Assembly: GCA_963664015.2 (NCBI GenBank)
Contig: CAXXLF010000001.1
Coordinates: 224,001 to 288,000, forward strand
Length of the DNA stretch: 64,000 nt
Reading direction: 5' to 3'
Source: Candidatus Binatia bacterium
GTDB taxonomy: Bacteria > Desulfobacterota > Binatia > UBA9968 > CAXXLF01
In this document: positions 41,622-50,860 of the stretch, in pieces
How positions within the stretch are numbered: the first letter of the stretch is position 1
How the letters are laid out: the number at the start of each line of letters is the position of its first letter
Translations under genes and position numbers: made by a program
The notes under the pieces: model-generated
Database searches by the model: none
Told to the model about the DNA's origin: nothing
Seen by the model: only the letters and a program-made list of their open reading frames with translations

Positions 41622-42695
41622 TCAAACGGCAAGACGATAAAGCCGTTTTGCATTCCCTCCCAGAACCGCCTCCTTGTCCTCCATGGAGAGGTCCTCCCGA
41701 GCCAGAAGCTCATCGATCTCGTGACGACACTTCACGGCATCGAAGACTTCATGGGGGAAATCGCTCCCGAAAAGGAAACCTTCATTACCGGCCTTCTGAA
41801 CGGCGAAACCGAGCCCATCGTCATCCACGTCGAAGCCAACAAAGATTCTGCCGTCACGCATCTGTTTCTTGAAAAAGGCGCTGGCCTTTTCTCCCGGCTT
41901 CGGCCCACCCAGAACTTGACCATTCAAATCCACTTGCATATGACCTTCATGATACGAACGGTCAAGACGGTCCATGAAGAACGGCACCCAGGTTGCACCA
42001 CCCTCGAGAAAACCAACGCTCAGATTGGGAAACCGCTCAAAGACCCCGTGGGAAAGCATGGCCGCAGCCTGGATCATGATACCCACCGGATGTCCCACTG
42101 CATGGACGGGGTAATAGGTGCTGAAAGTGTCCATTCCCAGGTGATGGAGGGCCCCTACGTGCACGGCTACGGCACAATTCAGCTTTTCGGCCTCCTCATA
42201 GATAGGCCAGTACATCTTGTCCCCTAAATGGCTCTTCAATCCCTCGCCGTTGGACGGCAGCATGGCTCCGATCATCCCCTGCTGCGTAACGGCCCGGTGC
42301 AACTCTTCCACGGCAAGGTCTACATCCTGAATCGGTATCAGCGCCATGCCCTTTAGATTCGGACTGTGGCTCAGAAACGTGTCGTACAGCCAGTTGTTGT
42401 AGGCGCGACAGGCTGCAACCGCCCACTCGACCGAGACAAACCGGCCCATGGCCAACCCCCAGGTCGGGTATAGCACGGACCAATCGATCCCCGTTTTCTC
42501 CAAGAACTCAAGCCATTCCTTTGGGCCCGGGTTACCGAACTCGCCCTGGCCAAAGCTGGGTTTCAGGTAATGGAAGTGAAGGTGGTCGAGGATAGGGAAA
42601 ACCTGCGAGGCCCGGCACCCTTTGGGCATGTATTTAACGAGTTCCTCGGACCGTGCCCCGTCGTTGACATGACCGTCTGCGTCGATAACCTGCAT
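41622..42695 (-). CDS. Amidohydrolase_2 family protein (decarboxylase/hydratase type)
   Basis: IDADGH, RAYNNWL, VAVH, FERFP.L...FLEGG..W, FGSDFPH. Confidence 0.9.
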   Translation of the reverse strand: MQVIDADGHVNDGARSEELVKYMPKGCRASQVFPILDHLHFHYLKPSFGQGEFGNPGPKEWLEFLEKTGIDWSVLYPTWGLAMGRFVSVEWAVAACRAYNNWLYDTFLSHSPNLKGMALIPIQDVDLAVEELHRAVTQQGMIGAMLPSNGEGLKSHLGDKMYWPIYEEAEKLNCAVAVHVGALHHLGMDTFSTYYPVHAVGHPVGIMIQAAAMLSHGVFERFPNLSVGFLEGGATWVPFFMDRLDRSYHEGHMQVDLNGQVLGGPKPGEKASAFFKKQMRDGRIFVGFDVDDDGLGFAVQKAGNEGFLFGSDFPHEVFDAVKCRHEIDELLAREDLSMEDKEAVLGGNAKRLYRLAV

Positions 42696-42765
42696 ACGCG
42701 CACCTCCTTGCAATAATTGAAATCAAACCCTGTCGCACAGTCAGCCCGGGATTCCTAAAGCAGCT

Positions 42766-44268
42766 TCATCGCCGACCGGAGCCCAGGCCCTCCAGGTGCG
42801 ACCACTTTTTCAAGACTTCTTTCTTGTACTCAGGGCTTACCGCAGTAACCTTGGGGAATTGCTTCATCCAGTTATAGGGTCTGCAGGCATCGATGACAAT
42901 ACAGGAGCTCACCCATTGCTTTCGCTCTCTCTGCTCCGGTGAAATCCTTGGATTGAGGGAACTAGCCGCCACGTCGACAATTTCCGACGCTGTCTTGGGA
43001 TCCCAGCGCGAGGAGACCGCCCAGAGTACTTCGTTCAAATTGGTGATGTCGATGTCGTCGTCCACCACGATAACCATTCGTACATCCCGTCCCCCATCCC
43101 GTGTGGCCAAGACCCCGTAGCCTAACTGCTTGGCGTGGCCCGGATAACGCTGCTTGATAGCCACGACCACAACAAATCGTCCCTGATGAGGGAACCACAC
43201 ACCCTGGATATCCGGCAAACCCGCCCGCTCCAGTGCGGACCAGATATTCGCCGACCGGATATACATGTAGATCTGGCTGTTCAAATAAGTCTTGAGAGGC
43301 GGATCACCCGTCAGGATGGGATCCGTGCGATGATACAGAGCGTCAACCCGAACTACGGGTGCACGATGGGCATCGGAGGCATAATATCCGGGCCACTCCC
43401 CGAAGGGACCTTCCTCCCGGGCCTCGCGATCCGGCGGCGGCACGTGCCCTTCGATGACGATCTCGGCAAATGCGGGGATCGGGAGGCCCGTGACCGGCCC
43501 TTTGTGAACCGGAACTGGCATGCTCAAAAGCCCGCCAAGGAAATCGTATTCGCTAACCTTCCAGGGTATGCCCACAGCACTGGCAAGAATCATTGACGGA
43601 GGAAGACCACAAACGATCGCTACGGGGCAATCCTCCCCTTTGGCCCAGTATTTTTGAGCAATGATATCCCCGTGCTTACCGGGAACGATGAACAGGCCCA
43701 CATGCTTGTCGTCGTGGAGCTGTATCCGGTAAGTCCCTACGTTCACATAGCCGGAATCCGGGTCGCGACAGATAACCGAATCGAAGGTCCCAATGTACCG
43801 GCCCCCATCGTCTTCGTGCCATTGGGGAACCGGGAACTGGAGCAGATTGACATCAGCGCCGCTAGCCGAATTCTCCAACCACGCCGCCTTGCCGACTTCC
43901 CCCGGCGGAATCGGCTTTAAGCTACCCAAGCGATCCTTAACGGCCTGTACGAGTCCGATACCCGTGACCTCCGGTGGCATGCCCAGCGCTATGGCCTCCC
44001 GGATCGGCGACATTAAAATATTACTGAGGACTCGATACCCCTTTGGATAATCAGGGATTGCATCGAAGAGCAGAGCCGGAGGGTTCGGCGCCCCCGCATA
44101 AATCTCGGTCAAGGCACCGATTTCCTTGTCCCAGTGAGCACCCTGGATTTCCAGGAGCTCTCCAGCCGCCTTTGCTTGTTTTAAAAACGACCGTAAATCG
44201 AACGCTGCCTCCGGTTCGGTTTTTTTACTCCCCACGAAAAATCCTCCGATCTCGGATCCCTTTCCCAA
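42766..44268 (-). CDS. UbiD family (de)carboxylase, copy 3
   Basis: DLRSFL, DGGRYIGT, NVGTYR, EGPFGEWPGYY, IKQRYPGHA; start uncertain. Confidence 0.92.
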   Translation of the reverse strand: MGKGSEIGGFFVGSKKTEPEAAFDLRSFLKQAKAAGELLEIQGAHWDKEIGALTEIYAGAPNPPALLFDAIPDYPKGYRVLSNILMSPIREAIALGMPPEVTGIGLVQAVKDRLGSLKPIPPGEVGKAAWLENSASGADVNLLQFPVPQWHEDDGGRYIGTFDSVICRDPDSGYVNVGTYRIQLHDDKHVGLFIVPGKHGDIIAQKYWAKGEDCPVAIVCGLPPSMILASAVGIPWKVSEYDFLGGLLSMPVPVHKGPVTGLPIPAFAEIVIEGHVPPPDREAREEGPFGEWPGYYASDAHRAPVVRVDALYHRTDPILTGDPPLKTYLNSQIYMYIRSANIWSALERAGLPDIQGVWFPHQGRFVVVVAIKQRYPGHAKQLGYGVLATRDGGRDVRMVIVVDDDIDITNLNEVLWAVSSRWDPKTASEIVDVAASSLNPRISPEQRERKQWVSSCIVIDACRPYNWMKQFPKVTAVSPEYKKEVLKKWSHLEGLGSGRR

Positions 44269-44288
44269 TTATTCTTGTCGCGCCCACG

Positions 44289-44804
44289 CTACTTCTGCGC
44301 CTCGGGCTTGAGGTAGGGCATTACGGAGGCCATGACGGCCAAAAGATTCATGAGCAAAGGGGATGGAATAATCCGGAGATACTTGACCGGCGTATCCGAG
44401 TTCACGAAATGCTGGTGAAAGGTATCCGGTGGAACGTACATGGCGTCTCCTGCCGACCATTCAACCCGTTGTTCTCCTACGATGCTGGTACCGCTTCCCT
44501 CCAACCAGTAGATATAGGCCTCGCCATGAGTGTGCCCCTCACTCGCCTGCGCACCGCACGGAATCTCAGAGATGGCTAAGTTGCACAGCGAATTTTCAAA
44601 CCCCAGGCGAAAGTCGATCAGGTTACCGTGTTTTTCACCATTGGCACCGTCGCGCCACTGGATTTCGTCCGCACGAATCATGATCCGGGATTTTTTCTTA
44701 GCCTCTAGGATCTGCTGATACAGATCGGCGGCCTCCGGAACCCTTGCGGTGACCTCCCGCTCCTGCAGCGACTTAAATTGCTCCCCGTGTTTGGGAATCC
44801 ACAT
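44289..44804 (-). CDS. Cupin domain protein
   Basis: GHTHGEA..Y.LEG.G and W..GD..YVP....HQH. Confidence 0.85.
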   Translation of the reverse strand: MWIPKHGEQFKSLQEREVTARVPEAADLYQQILEAKKKSRIMIRADEIQWRDGANGEKHGNLIDFRLGFENSLCNLAISEIPCGAQASEGHTHGEAYIYWLEGSGTSIVGEQRVEWSAGDAMYVPPDTFHQHFVNSDTPVKYLRIIPSPLLMNLLAVMASVMPYLKPEAQK

Positions 44805-44882
44805 GGCAACAGCTCCTTCAATCGGTCAAAGAAATTTCACCCGTCTCTCATTTTCTCTCGTGCCCATCGGGAGGGCGCCTTC

Positions 44883-45908
44883 TCAGGCCGACACAATATC
44901 CTTTCCCGCAACATAATCGGGATGCAGTTGCATCTGGACGAAATCGGATGCTACCTGCTCCCACCAGGGCCAGTAAAACAAGACAATCCAACGGCAGCCG
45001 GAACCGGCCTTTGTGTTGAAATGCTGATGTTCTATCCCTCCGGGTTTCACTGGAAACAGGATAAGGTCATTGGTTTGCCAGTCGTATCTCTTGCCGTCAC
45101 AGACCGTATACCCCTCTCCTTCAGTCACATAGATGATCAACCCCCCCTGGTGTTTGTGCTTACCCGAATGGATCCGGATGTCCTGGGCAAAAACGGTCCA
45201 ATCCAGTAAGGCGTTACGCTTGAATTCGGGGTTGAGGTAATAGCAGACCTTTCCCATCCGATTCTGCTCCCAACTCATGTCCGCGCCGCGGACCAAAATA
45301 TTCCCTGTCTCGTACCTTTCTCGAATCTTCATCCAACTCTCGAAATCACGGTCGTATTGGCTCGTCAAGCTGGTGGGAGCGTCGGTGCGTTGGACCGGGT
45401 CCGGAACCCTCTTCCCGTTACCCTGAGCCAGGTCATTCTCGGTAATCTTTCCACCGGGCTCCAGCTCCTCAAACCCGGATCCCTTATCGACACCCAGGGA
45501 ATGGGCCGTATTGAGCTCGCACGCGAGGAACGACGCATTGGAGCCTTTGTCGACATTGAGGTGCTGGTACTCGACCCCCTCCCTCAAGATGGGTAAGGTC
45601 AGTAGATCGCCGGCGCCCCATTCGTAGATCTCACCGTTGACACGTGTGCGCATCCTGCCCTCGAGTCCGTAAAACAAGACGCCGCCCTGGCACCTCTGTA
45701 AACCGCTTTTCCAGCCAGGATTCAACTGCTGGGTATAGAGCACATAGGCATTCCAGGCGCTCTCGAAGCAAGGATGCATAAACCATTTCATCTTACCGTG
45801 CTGGTTTTTTTCCCACGGTAGTTCCATGTCCTTAATTATAATAGCCTGTTTTTGCGCCACTTGACGCTGTTTGTCTCGAAGCTCGAGGAGTTCATCAAAA
45901 AGACTCAT
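44883..45908 (-). CDS. Bicupin protein
   Basis: Two homologous halves (WE.N..GK...QGG...EG...W...DL...P....G.E.QH.N); only the second keeps HKH. Confidence 0.8.
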   Translation of the reverse strand: MSLFDELLELRDKQRQVAQKQAIIIKDMELPWEKNQHGKMKWFMHPCFESAWNAYVLYTQQLNPGWKSGLQRCQGGVLFYGLEGRMRTRVNGEIYEWGAGDLLTLPILREGVEYQHLNVDKGSNASFLACELNTAHSLGVDKGSGFEELEPGGKITENDLAQGNGKRVPDPVQRTDAPTSLTSQYDRDFESWMKIRERYETGNILVRGADMSWEQNRMGKVCYYLNPEFKRNALLDWTVFAQDIRIHSGKHKHQGGLIIYVTEGEGYTVCDGKRYDWQTNDLILFPVKPGGIEHQHFNTKAGSGCRWIVLFYWPWWEQVASDFVQMQLHPDYVAGKDIVSA

Positions 45909-45933
45909 GTAAAGGTTCCTCCGTTCCAATCAT

Positions 45934-48051
45934 CTAAGAGTGTTTACCGGGACGAGGATAGCACTTGACCCGCTCCAGATGGAGGCACTGGTCGCAGAAC
46001 CACCCCGCCAGTTCGAATAAACCATCGGCGGCCAACGAGCGACAATAAGGCGCCACCGATGTCCACGGAATAATAAAGAAGCTGTTGTTTGACAGGTGGG
46101 CGCCGCAACCGCGGCATTGGCCCATATCCTCGCTCCAAAGATTCTCTTCTATATCAGAAACCGATCCAACAAAGGCAGGATACGAGGCCGATGCCTGACT
46201 TGACACCCGCTGGCCACGGGCACTTGCCCGACCCTGACGGATTGAATCCCTCGTCCGACGGGTTGCTTCAGTATCCAAGGTCCAGGAAGAATCGCAGGCG
46301 ACCCCATAGACTTCCGTCGCCCACTGCACTGACACCAGTCCTTCTTTGACGTCCCGCGCCACTGCCACGGGGTCTCGTTGCAGCGGGTCTCCCCAACCAC
46401 CGCCACCAGAGGCACTGCAGTGAAATAGATCGTCCTGGTCAAGCCAGTTACGTCCAAACGCCTGTGGCATCTCCTGCTTCCCACCGACGAGTGCCAAATC
46501 CTGAGGCACAACCCCTTGCTGAAACAGTTCGGCGGCGTTGGAGTCCCGCAGGATGACCATCTCGTTGCAAGCACCCGGGTACCCCCCGTCCAGTCCCAGG
46601 GAACTGGGACAGGCGATTCCATGGGAATGCAGGATCAGATTCGGGATCGTGGAGACACCGTGGGGCTTGAACGCTACCGATATGCCAGCCCCACCCCTGT
46701 ACCTTCCGGCACCAGCCGAATCGACGGCCTGGCGGCGGTAGAGGTAAAGGATCGGGTAGCGGAGCTCGTTTGTTTCGACATTCGGAATACCCACCTCAGG
46801 CTCGCTGCCGCTACCTGTATCGATACCGTCCTGGGTCCCCCGCGCACCTCCACCTGCACCCAATCCGCAGTCGGTAAACACACCTGCGAAATCTTGGCCA
46901 TATTGATCCGAACCCGAAAAGTCCAGCAGCGCCATGTGACCACGTAGCCCGGTGGTGGCCCGCTTTTCCAACTCTCCACCTCGCATCATCTGCCCCAAAC
47001 AGCTAGTCACCGCCTGGAAGACCGCATAGGTTCCGGAAGTGGTCCCCTTGCAGACACCCGCTGGCCAGTTACAGTTGACGAACGTCCCCGGGTCCGCATG
47101 AATCCGGCAGACACGAAAGACACCCCCCGGGCAGGGGGATATGGCAAAGCCAAAAACCGCCATAACGGCCCGAATCACGTAGCCTTCCAAGGCCGGCAGG
47201 GTGACGTTGATAACACCCGGTGCTTGCTCGGAAGAGCCGGAAAAATCAAACGTAAGCCGGTCCCCTTCCTTGGTCAAGGTCACCCGGCACACGTAGATCT
47301 GGAGCCTCTCACGGTCGAAATAGTCCAGATAGGAAACATCGGACCAGGAGCCGTCGGGAATCTCCCTCAGGAGGGTCCTGAGCTTGGTTTCCGTTGTATC
47401 GATGATGTGTTGCATGGTCTCTCTGACCGTGTCCAAACCATAGCGCTCGACAGCTTCGAAAAATCTGCGCTGCATGATGGTATTCGCCGAGATTTTTGCC
47501 CTAAGGTCGATAGCGTTCTGAGCTGGAGTTCGCGAGCGCCTGAGATAGTCGTGCTCGATATCGCGCCGCACCGTGCCCCGTTCAACGATCTTCACCGGCG
47601 GTAGCGGTGGCGCCTCCTCCCATATGGACTGGGCGCCGAGAGAAACCTGCCCGGGAGTCGGCCCGCCGGCATCGGCTACATGGATACCTGCACCGGTCCA
47701 CCCCACTCGCTGTCCCTCCCAGTAAACAGGTCCGACAACCACTGCACAGGTTTGATGCGGTGTACAGATGTAGGGATCGTTGGTCAGAAAGAGGTCTCCC
47801 TGAGCAAGGCCCGGGTTGTCGGCATAAGTATTATGGATGTACTTGGAGGCATAGATGCAACTGAGAGCATGGGTCACGATAGTCGGCCCCACGATTACCG
47901 CCTCGCCATTCTCGTCCAGCAGGGCAACGTTGCAATCATTGGATAGAGCCACCGTGGGGGATCCGGACACATTGCGCAGTGCGATGGCCCCCTCCCTGAC
48001 GATAGTCATAAAGCGGTGCCGAAGGATTTCGAATGTGATGGCATCTAACAT
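45934..48051 (-). CDS. Hydantoinase B/oxoprolinase family protein with C-terminal CxxC...CxxC extension
   Basis: TFEILRH, GD.FL.NDPY...H, H.AD.GG, DFSGS, NVE..E..YP, GAGRYRGG, GGGGWGDP. Confidence 0.9.
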   Translation of the reverse strand: MLDAITFEILRHRFMTIVREGAIALRNVSGSPTVALSNDCNVALLDENGEAVIVGPTIVTHALSCIYASKYIHNTYADNPGLAQGDLFLTNDPYICTPHQTCAVVVGPVYWEGQRVGWTGAGIHVADAGGPTPGQVSLGAQSIWEEAPPLPPVKIVERGTVRRDIEHDYLRRSRTPAQNAIDLRAKISANTIMQRRFFEAVERYGLDTVRETMQHIIDTTETKLRTLLREIPDGSWSDVSYLDYFDRERLQIYVCRVTLTKEGDRLTFDFSGSSEQAPGVINVTLPALEGYVIRAVMAVFGFAISPCPGGVFRVCRIHADPGTFVNCNWPAGVCKGTTSGTYAVFQAVTSCLGQMMRGGELEKRATTGLRGHMALLDFSGSDQYGQDFAGVFTDCGLGAGGGARGTQDGIDTGSGSEPEVGIPNVETNELRYPILYLYRRQAVDSAGAGRYRGGAGISVAFKPHGVSTIPNLILHSHGIACPSSLGLDGGYPGACNEMVILRDSNAAELFQQGVVPQDLALVGGKQEMPQAFGRNWLDQDDLFHCSASGGGGWGDPLQRDPVAVARDVKEGLVSVQWATEVYGVACDSSWTLDTEATRRTRDSIRQGRASARGQRVSSQASASYPAFVGSVSDIEENLWSEDMGQCRGCGAHLSNNSFFIIPWTSVAPYCRSLAADGLFELAGWFCDQCLHLERVKCYPRPGKHS

Positions 48052-48099
48052 CGTTGTTCCGTATTAAACCAGATGGAAATTTCGATCCCTGATCGATCC

Positions 48100-50178
48100 T
48101 TACGGGTTCAGGATGATGTTCCTGTATTCATCGAGTTCGACACTTTGATCCGGATGGATCACGATCGTGGTATTCGAAGCCTCAACTATCGCCGGGCCTT
48201 TGAACGTATGGCCCGCCAATAGGTCTCTAATCTCATAGACCGGTGTCTCTTCAAAAGAATCCGTAAAGTAGACCTGGCGGGTGGTGGAGGCCCTGGGAGC
48301 GCCGACGACGGCCTTGGACTCCGTCTTATGGAGCGCTATCTTGGTGGCCGGAGCCACAGAGACAACGTGAAAAGTCAGGATTTCCGTGCCGGCCTGCCGG
48401 ATAGCACTACCCGTCCCAAAGGTCTCCTCATAGAGATCGACGAAGCGCTGGATCAAACTCTCACCCATTTCCCCGCCTGGGTCCCTTATAACCGGAACCC
48501 TAATCTCGTGGACCTGGTAGCGAAACCGCATATCGACGAACCAGTAGTAGGATACATCCTGCTCCCGGAAATCCGACTTGGCCCAATCGAGACGGCTGCC
48601 CGCTGCAAGCTCCTCCAGGGCGGAACTGATTTTACGGTTATCAAACGGTTCGCGCATGGGGAGTGCTCGCGAGTAGTGACGCCTCAAATCCGAGGCCGCA
48701 ATTCCAAAAGCAGACAGGACGGAGGCAAACAGGGGGATGACCACCTTCTTGACCCCAATGTCGCGGACGTAAGCCCCCATATGGGTCGGGCCCGCACCCC
48801 CATAGGCAAACAAGACAAAGTTACGCGGATCATAGCCTCTCTCAACGGTGAGAGTCCGCACCAGATCGGCCATCCGGGCATCGACGATGTCCACGATCCC
48901 CTTGGCAGCCTCAATGGGATCCATCCCCAGTGGACGCGCGATTTTTTCCTGCACCGCCGCCAATGCACCCTCTTTATCCAGGAGAGCCCTGCCGCCAAAG
49001 AAGCTCCTGGGATCAATCCGACCCAGGATGACGTCGGCATCGGTAACTGTAGGTTCCGCGCCTCCGCGCCGGTAACACACGGGACCTGGTGTCGAACCCG
49101 CACTTTCCGGTCCCACCCGCAGCTCGGAGGTCGCCCCATCAACATAGGCAATACTGCCCCCTCCCGCTCCCACAGATGTGACCTCCACCGTGGGCACACG
49201 GATCCGGTGCCTCTCAACCTCCACCTCATTGGCAAATCTCGGCTGGGAGTCGATGACCAGCCCGACGTCGAAGCTCGTCCCACCCATGTCCGTACAGATC
49301 ACATTAGAGTCGCCAGCAAGTGAGGCCAAGCGGGCCGAACCCATAACCCCCCCGACCGGCCCTGCTGCCAGAGCCCGTATTGGCTGTCGTTCGACCTCTT
49401 CCCGCCAGCCAAGACCACCGTGAGACTGCATGGCCAGGATTCTGCCCGGTAAACCCCGCTCCCTCAGACGGTTCTCTAGCAACTCCAGGTCATGGCGGGC
49501 ACCCGGCGCCAGATACGCGTTCAAGACTGTCGTATTGGCCCGCTCGAACTCGCCCAGGGTTGGTGAGACGTCGGAAGAAAGGCATACGGGCAAGTGGGGC
49601 GCTTTTTCCCCGATAATCTCTTTCACCTCTTGTTCGTGCCGGGAGTTGAGAAAGGACCACAAAAAAATTACTGCAACGGCTTCCACGCCAAGCCTATCCA
49701 GCTCCACAAGGGATTTTTCTACTTCGGCTCGATTGAGGGGGACGACGACCTCTCCCTTGCAATCCATCCGTTCTGAAATTCCCCGGATGGCGGCACCCTC
49801 GGCCAGAGGCTCGGGCTTGTTCCAGGCGGAAAGGTCATAGCGCTGCTCCTCTCTTAGCCCCTCCGTACGTGCCATAATCCTACCGATGCGCATGACATCC
49901 TCATGCCCCTTGGAGAGGAGAACCCCCACGCGGGCACCCTTACGGGCCACTATGCGATTGGTCATGCTCGTTGTCCCTAGGGCGAATACTTGGGACCCTC
50001 CAAGCAAATCTTCGATTTTATTGGATAGAGACCCGGACAGGTTCTGTAGTGCTGCCAGGATACCCTGGCTTAGGTCTTCAGGCGTGGTAAAAGCCTTGTC
50101 GATGCTCACATGGCCGGTGTCATCTATGGCGACACAGTCCGTAAATGTCCCCCCCACATCAATACCAATGACAAACAT
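48100..50178 (-). CDS. Hydantoinase A/oxoprolinase family ATP-binding subunit
   Basis: IGIDVGGTFTD, EFERANTTVLNAY, DMGGTSFD, GAGGGSIA, GPESAG..PGP, YGGAGP.H. Confidence 0.93.
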   Translation of the reverse strand: MFVIGIDVGGTFTDCVAIDDTGHVSIDKAFTTPEDLSQGILAALQNLSGSLSNKIEDLLGGSQVFALGTTSMTNRIVARKGARVGVLLSKGHEDVMRIGRIMARTEGLREEQRYDLSAWNKPEPLAEGAAIRGISERMDCKGEVVVPLNRAEVEKSLVELDRLGVEAVAVIFLWSFLNSRHEQEVKEIIGEKAPHLPVCLSSDVSPTLGEFERANTTVLNAYLAPGARHDLELLENRLRERGLPGRILAMQSHGGLGWREEVERQPIRALAAGPVGGVMGSARLASLAGDSNVICTDMGGTSFDVGLVIDSQPRFANEVEVERHRIRVPTVEVTSVGAGGGSIAYVDGATSELRVGPESAGSTPGPVCYRRGGAEPTVTDADVILGRIDPRSFFGGRALLDKEGALAAVQEKIARPLGMDPIEAAKGIVDIVDARMADLVRTLTVERGYDPRNFVLFAYGGAGPTHMGAYVRDIGVKKVVIPLFASVLSAFGIAASDLRRHYSRALPMREPFDNRKISSALEELAAGSRLDWAKSDFREQDVSYYWFVDMRFRYQVHEIRVPVIRDPGGEMGESLIQRFVDLYEETFGTGSAIRQAGTEILTFHVVSVAPATKIALHKTESKAVVGAPRASTTRQVYFTDSFEETPVYEIRDLLAGHTFKGPAIVEASNTTIVIHPDQSVELDEYRNIILNP

Positions 50179-50188
50179 ACCAGCCCCT

Positions 50189-50839
50189 TCATCCTCCCCA
50201 TTGTCTGATAAGGTCATCCTTGCTGTATACATCGGGGGCGAGAAGATCAAGCGCCGCCTGATGCAGTCTGGGATCGGTTCCCGCCACACAGTCCCGAACC
50301 ACCGCTAGATAATAGTCCAGGGTGGTGCTAACTCGGGCTGTAGTGAGGACTCCCGAGTGACTGGCCACTCCAACCAGGACCAGGGTCTTGATTTCACGCG
50401 ACCGCAGCATCTTTTCCAATGGGGTACCCTGAAAACAGCTAAAGGAAAACTTGTCGAAGACCAGCTCCGCTGGTAGAGGGGTAAGCTCGTCCACGATCTC
50501 GTGCCCCCACGTGTTCAGCACCACGTTAGGCTCCGCTCCCCTCTGACCCCGCTTGAGTAAATGGTGTAAGTGGACCGGTGATTCGTCTGCTCCCCCCGGA
50601 AAATGACTGGCCCTTGAGAAGGCGACCATCACATTGGAATGTCTCGCGGATTTTAGGATCTCGGCGGTCTGGGTAACCGCTTTACGAACCGATTCCTTAG
50701 CCTCTCGGATCCGATCGAACAACTTGCCACCCGGCGCGCAGAAATCGTTTTGCATATCGTGGACCAGAAGGGCCGTATGACGCGGGCGAACAATCTCCTC
50801 TAAGCTCTCAAAAATTTCCTTTCCATTAAGGCGCTCCAT
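50189..50839 (-). CDS. Isochorismatase-like (cysteine hydrolase fold) protein lacking the usual catalytic Cys
   Basis: TALLVHDMQNDF, WG.EIVDEL.P, K...S.F.GT.L; GVASHSGV in place of GV.T..CV. Confidence 0.85.
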   Translation of the reverse strand: MERLNGKEIFESLEEIVRPRHTALLVHDMQNDFCAPGGKLFDRIREAKESVRKAVTQTAEILKSARHSNVMVAFSRASHFPGGADESPVHLHHLLKRGQRGAEPNVVLNTWGHEIVDELTPLPAELVFDKFSFSCFQGTPLEKMLRSREIKTLVLVGVASHSGVLTTARVSTTLDYYLAVVRDCVAGTDPRLHQAALDLLAPDVYSKDDLIRQWGG

Positions 50840-50860
50840 CGATCGCTACCTATGCTCCAT

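Noticed and set aside
48328-49323. Long antisense ORFs (331 aa here; also 36204-36860, 40812-41504, 52691-53335)
   Set aside because: They lie opposite well-supported genes and lack motifs, as is typical of shadow ORFs in GC-rich coding DNA.
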